DNA of 64,000 nucleotides from Aplysia californica (Eukaryota): NCBI RefSeq assembly GCF_000002075.1, contig NW_004797578.1, positions 464,493 to 528,492 of the forward strand, read 5' to 3'. Shown piece by piece: positions 37,501 to 45,277 of this stretch (position 1 is its first letter; each line of letters starts with the position of its first letter). The notes under the pieces were generated by a model. It saw only the letters and a program-made list of their open reading frames with translations, ran no database searches and was not told where the DNA came from. The position numbers and the translations under genes were made by a program.

Positions 37501-38720
37501 CAAACATCTATCGTCCTGATCTTTCCTTCTTTATTGTGTTTGTTACTTCCTTGTAATACATGTAATCTTTGGCACTTATATGACCGTATTGTGTTGCAAG
37601 TGCCGTAAAACTCTTACTAAAGAACTAAAACTAAGCCCAGAAAGTAAAGTTTTTCAGGAGAGAAAAATAACCTATTTCATTCTTTTAACTATTGCACCCT
37701 TGAGTACATTATGCATCTTTTCTTGCTTTTTTCAATTTTAAAAATTTGAATTTTGACCACATATTTATTTAGCACATGCAGTGGATACCACAGAAAGTAA
37801 ATATAGAATAAGATAGAAAGTATGGGGTATACGTTTTTCTGGCAGTTATCTATTTTCTGTTTCTCAAACCCTTAAAATTCTGAAACCTTTGTTTCTGTAA
37901 AAGACATATGCTTTTCATAGGTGATCCTTTTATACATCCAGCCCAACATAAGATAACATTTCTCTCCACATACCTTCACTTCAGTAGTTAACAGAAGTCC
38001 TATAGGTTGACTTTCACAAGCAACAGTAGTAGCTGGTTTGCTTCTGGCTGATGAAGGTGCATAGATTTCTTTTAGTGTAGTGTTAGTGAAGTTCACCCAG
38101 GAAACTGTTTTAGTAGTCTGAATGGGCAGTAAATGCCGTCATTTTCCCAGATTGTTTCTAAACATCAAAAAGTGAATTACAGTTTTTGGAAAATGACCGT
38201 GACATTATGTACATGTAGTCGCTTTTAAGGACAAGCGGGCTAACCCAGATTTCGGGGTTTCTGGAAATCTTGACCTACATCAAAAGTGGGCATTGCCCTA
38301 CCCATAGGAGAAGTTTGGTTTCATTGGTGTGCATATTTGTTTGGTTATAGAGAAAACTCTCCTTGCCTTTTAATGAAACTGAACAAGGGGCAAAAACTTT
38401 ACCTTCAATTTTCTCAAAACAGCATTTTTCGGGATAGCCCCCTTGTGCTTAAAAGCGACCATGTATTATCTCTTTGTTTTTAAACCATTTTTTAAATTCA
38501 AACTATGTGAATTCTTCCACACAGGCACACATACGGCTGTGCCAGGTATGTGACACAAGGCGATCGGCTGCCTCTCAGTCTGTCCCGTCAGCCGGGTGCG
38601 GTGCCACACGAACCCTCAGAGGAGCACATACCTGTTGACTGGGGGGAAGAAGAACCAGAACAGTCGGGAACTGGGGATGATGGGAACAGTGATGACGAAA
38701 CCACACCTCTGCAGAGATGA
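22287..38720 (+). CDS. METTL17: Methyltransferase-like 17 / Rsm22 mitoribosomal small-subunit assembly factor, 15 coding exons, ~543 aa
   Basis: join(22287-22430,24608-24815,25279-25410,26949-27063,28146-28227,28554-28627,30581-30672,31896-31969,32773-32880,33867-33935,34671-34721,35221-35319,36315-36384,37196-37313,38525-38720). All GT-AG, phases compatible, 1632 nt. Rsm22 motifs: LRKTIYNW, GVHFRQF, YLVLIENGT, GHVFAPCPHDKPCP, YSYVILKKG, WPRV, HTHCHLC, YGCAR, GDRLP. The N-terminus resembles a mitochondrial presequence. Confidence 0.93.
24608..24815 (+). CDS. METTL17: METTL17 exon 2
   Basis: ttcag| ESQADTDG...KYRGHDGVM...KILME |gtaaga. Confidence 0.85.
25279..25410 (+). CDS. METTL17: METTL17 exon 3
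   Basis: aacag| KYPMES...LVKYLTQRQPP...LLEK |gtaaat. Confidence 0.87.
26205..26545. repeat. 45-bp minisatellite (~7 units)
   Basis: Unit gggcaaagggacgacttcttactgtcaccgatcgacgtcccatgg. Confidence 0.85.
26949..27063 (+). CDS. METTL17: METTL17 exon 4
   Basis: gcag| DPNKFE...VLSRLRKTIYNWKPM |gtatgt. Confidence 0.9.
28146..28227 (+). CDS. METTL17: METTL17 exon 5
   Basis: ttcag| NFDAFTSYTYMVGRTSFDFSVIMQCFTE |gtatgt. Confidence 0.9.
28350..28518 (+). mobile_element. RTE-clade 3' fragment in METTL17 intron 5
   Basis: GRSRPQETWRRCVERDM...WNELGRMAQDRDKWKELV. Confidence 0.75.
28554..28627 (+). CDS. METTL17: METTL17 exon 6 (motif I region)
   Basis: ctcag| ISKRDLDFQPSTVYHYGSKVGACV(W) |gtaagt. Confidence 0.9.
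28653..28898. mobile_element. GGTCGC...GCGACC MITE (~245 bp, possibly Sola-type), 5 copies
   Basis: TIR ggtcgcttttaaggacaag; other copies at 38217-38460 (TSD atgt), 47093-47342, 49071-49304 and 51550-51782 (TSD atat). Confidence 0.85.
29915..30316 (+). mobile_element. Family C ~400-bp retroposon without tRNA head, with the shared tail
   Basis: Homologous to 55975-56385; shorter copies at 8692-8876 and 41120-41262; ends ggcgctcatatgacc...gttgcgagtaccgtaaaac. Confidence 0.8.
30384..30575. repeat. 33-bp minisatellite (~6 units) abutting the METTL17 exon 7 acceptor
   Basis: Unit tttcaatcattacgccttttgtcatgccttcat/c. Confidence 0.9.
30581..30672 (+). CDS. METTL17: METTL17 exon 7
   Basis: gcag| WAADKTWRSIGEHYCVDSSSHMSTIARLLLQ |gtgagc. 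Confidence 0.9.
31008..31342 (-). mobile_element. tRNA-derived CORE-type SINE with L2/CR1-like tail
   Basis: Minus strand: B box ggttcgaatccc, gttgtgtccttgggaaaggcactttac core, tail aaagcgcatagag...gcgctatac + (ATT)n. Other copies at 16000-16324 and 8190-8520; tail remnants at 31453-31548, 33553-33636, 35090-35160 and 39595-39675. Confidence 0.85.
31896..31969 (+). CDS. METTL17: METTL17 exon 8
   Basis: ttcag| DGNEQETVMSIKGVHFRQFEPSPKE |gtaatt. Confidence 0.9.
32415..32720 (-). mobile_element. RTE-clade 3' fragment
   Basis: KWFGHLLRM...GYKGRGRPRKRLIEGVKE on the minus strand. Confidence 0.7.
32773..32880 (+). CDS. METTL17: METTL17 exon 9
   Basis: ccag| NKFSLVVSPFMLIEQPSAEERMNLVLSLWEMTESYL |gtgaga. 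Confidence 0.9.
33867..33935 (+). CDS. METTL17: METTL17 exon 10
   Basis: ttcag| VLIENGTTAGFNLINEAKEFLLN |gtaagt. Confidence 0.92.
34671..34721 (+). CDS. METTL17: METTL17 exon 11
   Basis: ccag| VSQVDGTSRFQGHVFAP |gtaaga; alternative in-frame acceptor 9 nt downstream (exon start 34680). Confidence 0.88.
35221..35319 (+). CDS. METTL17: METTL17 exon 12 (Fe-S Cys cluster)
   Basis: catag| CPHDKPCPKLREQKMPCLTECVHKEVDIKSSKL |gtaagt; first of 17 tandem donors. Confidence 0.88.
35305..35820. repeat. 30-bp minisatellite (17 units) containing the METTL17 exon 12 donor
   Basis: Unit agtaaatta|gt(a/g)agtcaatctacccagtca. Confidence 0.95.
36315..36384 (+). CDS. METTL17: METTL17 exon 13
   Basis: polyT-cag| SEKPKKNARYSYVILKKGVREEE |gtgagt. 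Confidence 0.9.
37196..37313 (+). CDS. METTL17: METTL17 exon 14
   Basis: aacag| EFGWPRVLRQIKAKRHTHCHLCLPCGQLQHVVITKGKFD |gtaagt. Confidence 0.92.
38217..38460. mobile_element. GGTCGC-family MITE
   Basis: TIRs plus 4-bp TSD atgt. Confidence 0.85.
38525..38720 (+). CDS. METTL17: METTL17 exon 15 (acidic tail, stop codon)
   Basis: acag| KHTYGCARYVTQGDRLPL...DDETTPLQR*; TGA at 38718-38720 followed by two more TGA. Confidence 0.88.
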
Positions 38721-38845
38721 TGATGACCCAACAGCGAGAATGTGATGTGAAGTGAAGAGCTTTGTGACCAAACGGAAGGAGTTCCCCAGAGGGCCGGCCT
38801 ACCAACAACACACAAGAGGGGATGTTTTGAGTTTGAGCAGGACAT

Positions 38846-38892
38846 ACCCTAATCCTAACCTTAACCTTAACCCCTAAACCTTTACCCTAACC
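38846..38892. repeat. Degenerate (CCCTAA)n telomere-like tract
   Basis: accctaatcctaaccttaaccttaacccctaaacctttaccctaacc. Confidence 0.7.
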
Positions 38893-39465
38893 AATTCTTG
38901 TGAAGTTTGCTCTGTTGACCTTGTCACGGTAAGTGCCGGCCCTCTGCAGAACTCCTCCTGACCAAACATGTAGTCTATAAATAGTGAAAAACATAGATGC
39001 GGTTGATTATTATATTCTCTGTCTGACTGTATTGAAGAAAAAGCTCAATTGAAGCAGTATAGAGTCATTAGTTATTTTATCTCGCTGAAATATATTCTGA
39101 AGTTGTCCCCACACCAACCTGAAGGGAGGTGGAGTTGTGGGGGGGTTGAATGTTGGAGGAAACCCATTTTGTCACTGAGCCCTTCCAGTGTAAATACTTT
39201 CTGCTGGGACTTTTCATTAACCCTCTTTCAGCACTTTTCAAGGACCCCCGAGCGACTGTTGAGTTCCTGCGTGCTGTCGCATCGCTGACTGTTTATGACG
39301 CCACAGCGCCAGAGAGAGAGAGAGAGAGAGTGTGTAAAGACTTTTTTGTTATGATTTCAGCTTGTGAGCCAATTTTATGTGTTTTGTATATTATTACAAA
39401 CTGAAAGATGTGTTGCAATAATGAGAAACTTTGAATTCCCTAGACTGTGAAGTAAATTCTTTAAT

Positions 39466-39471
39466 AATAAA
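39466..39471 (+). terminator. Candidate polyadenylation signal of METTL17
   Basis: AATAAA followed by a T/GT-rich stretch; a second AATAAA lies ~80 nt downstream. Confidence 0.4.
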
Positions 39472-39738
39472 AATCTCAATTGATCTCTGACATTGGTCCA
39501 ATTTCTGTTTCTCTGTTTGTCTTTGATAAGGTATTAACAAACTTTAATAATAAAACCAGCCTGATTCCAGGCAGCTTTTGTCAAGGGACTCCACTAATAA
39601 TAATAATAATAATAATATAATATATAACATTTATATAGCGCATTTAAAAAAAAAGTAGCTCTACGCGCTTTACATTGGAATACCCATTTTCAAAACCTTT
39701 CTTTCTACTTCCTTTCTTCTCATGCAATATATATTTAT

Positions 39739-39779
<41 letters not shown>

Positions 39780-40398
39780 CTATTTTTAAAAAACGCTTAA
39801 AGCTTATGAAGGATAGGCCTCCACTGCATCTGAATAATTTGTGCACCTTTTTAGAAAAATCTGATAATTTTAGTTACCCCTGGACTTTTGACTACAGAAA
39901 AATCTGAGAGTTTTATTACCCCTAGAGTTTTGACTACAGAAAAATTCTCCTGTCTGCAGCCCAGAGTTGACACAATTTAAAAAAAAAAGAAAAAAACTGG
40001 GAATACTGAATTATTTAAACTTTTAACTTTTAGTAAAGTGTTTTCCAGAAACAAACATTTTTGTAGGTGGTTGGTGGGTGCTCTGGTGTGGTTTGCTTCT
40101 TCTTTCCTATCAAACATGTATAGTCTTTATCACCCTCCTTTTTTGTGTTTGTTACTCTCTTGTAACACCTCTAATCTTTCGCACTTATATGACCTTATTG
40201 TGTTGCAAATTCCGTAAAACGCTTATTCAAGAAAATAAAACAAACATTTTTTTGTTTTAAAGATAAATGCTCTCATTCTGCTCCATAAGGTTTGAATGAT
40301 TGGAATTTGATATATTTTTGACTGTAACGTGACTTAAATGCTGAAAGTTGAGAATGTAATAGAGTTGGTCTTTACTGTGACTAATTCAAACTCAAAGT

Positions 40399-40429
<31 letters not shown>

Positions 40430-42468
40430 GAGGGAGAGAGACAGAGAGAGAGAGAAAGAGGAGGATGAAAGGAGGAGGAAACTCACTTTTTAATTTCTCA
40501 TTTTGTCTGTTTGTAATATGGTAATGCATCTGCAACACTGCACAAATGTTAATTTCTTGCCAACCAAGGTTCTTTCCCTGAAAAAAAACGTGTTGTACTC
40601 TAAAGCCTGAGTGGGTTGTTGATGGGTGCTCTGGTGTGGTTTTCTCTCTCTATTCTATCAAACATCTATCATCCTTATCTCTCCTCCTTTTTTGTGTTTG
40701 TTACTCACTTGTAACACCTCAAATCTTCAGTTATTTCATAACCTAATTGTGTTATAAGTGCCATAAAACTCTTCCTTGAAACATAAAATATGAACGGCTG
40801 GTGTCACATGCCGATTTCATTTGAATAGAATTTGAAATCACTTGAAGTAGCTCATCTTCGTCCCGTCTACCTCAATTTGTACTTTCAATGTTGTGATGAG
40901 TCTAGAAGTTGCTCAATGTGACCACAAGGCCTTCGTTTTAATCATTCTCCGTGGATGGTTGGCGGGTGCTCTGGTATGGTTTGCTTCTTCTTTCCTATCA
41001 AACGTTTACCGTCTCTATCTCCCCTTCTTCTTTTTTATGTTTGTTACTCTCTTGTAAAACATCTAATCTTTGGCACTTGTATGACCTTTTTGTGTTGCAA
41101 GTGCACTAAAACTAAAAACAGCAGACTTTGTGCTGTTGAAGCTATAGAGGTAAACAGAGTTAGTCTAATTCCCTGTAAGGACTTCTCTGTTGACATCCAC
41201 CCCATGGCGCTCATTATATGACCTTATGCAGTTGAGAGTGCCGTAAAACCTCTGCTAAAACTTTTTTTTTAAAGACCATTCTCCTCTGTGTGTCATACCT
41301 CGTGGGTGTCTGCACTTTTCTTTTTGTTATTCAAGAGCTCTTCCCTCCTTCAGGGAACTGACCTCTGTGGTCCAATAGTTAGACGTTGGGCTTTTTGCTG
41401 TTCTACGTAAAAGAGGTGTATTCGTGGGTGGCTGGTGGGTGCTCTGGTGTGGTTTGTTTCTTCTTTCCTATCAAACATCTATCGTCTTTATCTCCCCTCC
41501 TTCCATTTTATGTTTTATGTTACTCTCTTGTAACACCTCTTATCTTCAGCACTTATGATCTTATTGTGTTGCAAGTGCCGTAAAACTCTTACTAAAACGT
41601 TAAAGGGATCTGACTTCTGTAGTCCAATAATTAGACCTTAGGCTTTTTGCTGTTCCACGTAGAAGAGATGTATTCTGTTATTTTATCGTGTTATTGTAAC
41701 TCCGTCTGTCTAACACGATGCTGTACGGTTGGTTGGCCCTGATATATGTGCAAGGTGTAAGCAAGTCTCTTAAATGATCTATGGAATGTAAAACTTTTAC
41801 AGTCAGATTCATTCATCACTTCTTCAGGGAACCCACACATTTTTGACTTTCTTTTTGCCATGCTGTGTTAATATCATGTAAATGTTGATTTAGATGTTAA
41901 TGAGTATGCGTAATAAAAATTGTTTACTACTACCTTTACTTGAAGGTTCTACCGAATTTTTTTTTCATTTGTTGATATATGTTCTCTGGTGTAAATCTGG
42001 AATCGGAACATGAAGTATGAAGTGTCGATGAGCTAAGTGGGTGGTTGGCGGGTGCTCTGGTGTGGTTTGCTTCTTCTTTCCTATCAAACATCTGTCGTCC
42101 TTATCTCCCCTCCTTCTTTTTTGTGTTTGTTACCCTCTTGTAACACCTCTAGTCGTCGGCACTTATATGACCTTATTGTGTTTCAAGTGCTGTAAAACAC
42201 TTACTAAAACCCCCCCAAAAAAGTCAGTGAACTAATAGAGAAGACATTGGATGAGTCAGTCTCCTTTACAGTTAAATAATAATTGAGAATTACTTGAAAA
42301 TGAATTCTTATTAACAAAAGATTTGACTGCTGCTAGCTACAATGGATCATTGTATGGCAGACTTGGAGAAACAAAGTCGTATAGAATAGTTTGTAGAAAT
42401 ATATACAGTGATGTATGTGTAACAACAACTCCTTTGGGAAGCAGGCCTTAGCTGCTGTGAGTGTTAGG

Positions 42469-42656
42469 CTGTCCCCGTGGTTTTATGCACCCCGCATAAT
42501 AATTTAGCAAAATGTAATCATTTTTTGCCTAATTTCTGATTATTTTCCTTTATCTTTCTTTGCTAAAATTAACAGAATTGCATAATTTCACATTTTTGGG
42601 CTCAGTTTGCGTAATTTCAGCATTTTTTTTGTGTGTGCATAAAACCGCGGGGACAG
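42469..42656. mobile_element. CTGTCC...GGACAG MITE with 6-bp TSD
   Basis: TIR ctgtccccgtggttttatgcac / gtgcataaaaccgcggggacag; TSD gttagg. Confidence 0.88.
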
Positions 42657-42889
42657 GTTAGGCAGAGGTCAGAGGTTGCTGCTAATTGAATTTTCAATAT
42701 GTGTTGGAAGGAAGGGGGTGGGTTCCGGTATATTGATCTCCCATCCACCCCTTTCAAATACACACATGCTCTTTCATGAGTCCTAGTCATGAGATGTGGT
42801 GAGGCTGTTACTGCTAGGTAAAAAATGACAAAATACTAAATAGGCGGCATCGGATTTCAAGTTAACCAATGTTCAATTACAAGGTGGTA

Positions 42890-43248
42890 ATGTTACACAA
42901 AGACCACATTTCCAATGCTGAGGTACGGAACAGAGTCACAAACGCAGTGGTGCAGCATGAAGATCTTCTGACAACAGTCAAGAGACAAAAATTCAAATGG
43001 TATGGACATGTCACAAGATCCAAAGGACTTGCCAAAACAATCCTACAAGGAACCGTACAAGGAAAGAGAAAGAGAGGAAGGCAGAGAAGGAGATGCGAGG
43101 ACAACATCACAGAGTGGACAGGGAAGACGATGGGTGACAATTTGAGGAAAGCAGAGGACAGAGAAAAATGGCGAGAGCTGGTTGTCAGATGTAGTGGTGC
43201 CCCCACGGTTGCCCCAACCACGGGATAGAAGAAGAAGAAGAGGAAGAA
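42890..43248 (+). mobile_element. RTE-clade LINE 3' fragment
   Basis: DHISNAEVR...KWYGHVTRSKGLAKTILQGTVQGKRKRGRQRRR..W; (GAA)n tail. Confidence 0.85.
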
Positions 43249-45109
43249 TGTTACACACAGTAACCAGGCGCGGTTCGTCCATAGAGCACGGTCGTGTAGT
43301 GCCGCCCAAATTTTTAAAAATGTTCTATTACGTAAAACACCCGCAATAATAAAATAAAAGAAGTCAGAAACAAACACTCGCTAAGTATTATATAAAAACA
43401 AGGTCCTCACTGGCGCCATAACTATCATTTCTGTGTCTATAGCGCCGTAAGACATCTACTATGCCATGCCAAAGTCCACGCGCTTTAGCTTAAAATAATA
43501 GGATATTCAACAGTGTAACCTGACCTATAAATCGCTCTTTGGGATAACCCAAGCGATGACGACACTCGTAGCGAGTTTGGCGGTACATTAATATTAAGAC
43601 GGCACATCTCAAATGTGCTCCTGTCGAATAGTGCCGAAACATAGCCAACAGTAGGCAGTCTAAAAATAAAGGCGATAGACCGTACGCTATTCTTTGCCAA
43701 TTTATGTGAGCCCCGGAGCAATCCAACGGAGTGCTCAAGTGAATTGTGATTGGTTCATTGCCTGTCTTGCCACTATTTTAAGTGACTCTGTGACCGTGAA
43801 CCTAAGGGAGGTGAACGTGACCGTCCTATGAGTTGTGCCTTTGAAGGGTTTTGTAGTGGGGTAGTGAAAGTTATTACTAGAGTGTTCAGTTCCAATACAG
43901 GATGAACGAAATTGATGTTTAGCTAACAAACAAATTTAGTACTAGAAATTAAAGCGACAAGTAAAAAGAATCAAAATAAAAGCACGAGGTCTTCCCTCAC
44001 CAACACAAAGATTCTACAATTATGCACCATCTCATTTACTATGCCCTTGAGTATCTTCAGCATGCGATAGCTTAATTGTGCACGTCCACTTTTTAGCCCC
44101 ACGAGCCGTCCTTGACAGTAACCAACACTCCGTGTATTACCCCCCTAGTTGGGAGACTTCAAGAAAAGTGGCTCTATGGACGAGCGTGTGATCTGAGCTC
44201 CTGTACTCCGTTTATAATGTATTTTTGCCTAAGTAGGTGTTGTGAGGAGACACTGAGATTGTGGATGGTTGGCGGGTGCTCTTGTGTGGTTTGCTCCTTC
44301 TTTCCTATTAAACATCTATCATCCTTATCTCCCCTTCTTCTTTTTTATGTTTGTTACTCTCTTGTAACACCTCTAATCGTCTGGCGCTCATATGACCTTA
44401 TGCAGTTGCGAGCGCCGTAAAACCTCTACTAAAACTAATGACACTGAAATTAAAAGCCATTTCAATGGTCACACTGTTTTTGAATTGTCAATAACAATTT
44501 TTGTCAGACAATTCAGGGCAGCAAAAGTTGCTGTTACTGTTAAAAGAAAATGCTGCAGTCAAAGAGGGTTATTTTTATATTTTAAAATTTCTTCACACAA
44601 CTATGGTTTAATTGCTGTTAGTGTCAGGCAGAGGTTGCTCTTTTCTGAGGTCAACTAATCTTGTATCCACTGTTTCTTTGTGTTGGTGGTTGGCGGGTGC
44701 TCTGGTGTGGTTTGCTCCATCTTTCCTATCAAACATCTATCGTCTTTATCTCCCCTCCTTTTTGTGTTTGTTACTCTCTTGTAACACCTCTAATCTTCAG
44801 CACTTATATCACCTTATTGTGTTTGTTACTCTCTTGTACCACCTCTAATCTTCAGCACTTATATGACCTTATTGTGTTGCAGGTGCCGTAAAACACTTAC
44901 TAAAAAAAGAAAAATAAAATAAAAATTACATGATAACATCTTAGGGGCTTTGTTGAAAGTTAAATGCTGTTGTAAAATCATATTATTATATTATTATTCT
45001 AGGGTTGTTGTTTTGTTTTTTTCAAAAGTTGAATGCATAACAGAAAAAATCTCTTTTTTTTCAGTACAGGATAATATACATGTACACTTTATTGAGTGAG
45101 CAGCCCGCA

Positions 45110-45277
45110 TCAGTTGGTTGGGCATGAGAAAATGCCAGAGCAAGTCAGTGGGCAGTTGAAAGCAGAGAACTGGCTGTAAGCCTCGCAGAATCTGACGTCA
45201 CAGGGGAAGTTGAGGTTGTCGTAGGCTGGAATGTCGTCTGGGGATAAAGGGCAAGATTTGGCCATCAACTCTCCATT
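45110..45277 (-). CDS. Probable terminal exon, ShK-toxin-like six-Cys module
   Basis: NGELMAKSCPLSPDDIPAYDNLNFPCDVRFCEAYSQFSAFNCPLTCSGIFSCPTN*; AATAAA 16 nt after the stop (45093-45088). The acceptor is weak and the phase needs an intervening exon. Confidence 0.55.
   Translation of the reverse strand, partial: NGELMAKSCPLSPDDIPAYDNLNFPCDVRFCEAYSQFSAFNCPLTCSGIFSCPTN

Noticed and set aside
38718-38770. Selenocysteine readthrough of TGA-TGA-TGA in METTL17
   Set aside because: It lies after a non-conserved acidic tail, and I could not see a SECIS-like hairpin downstream.
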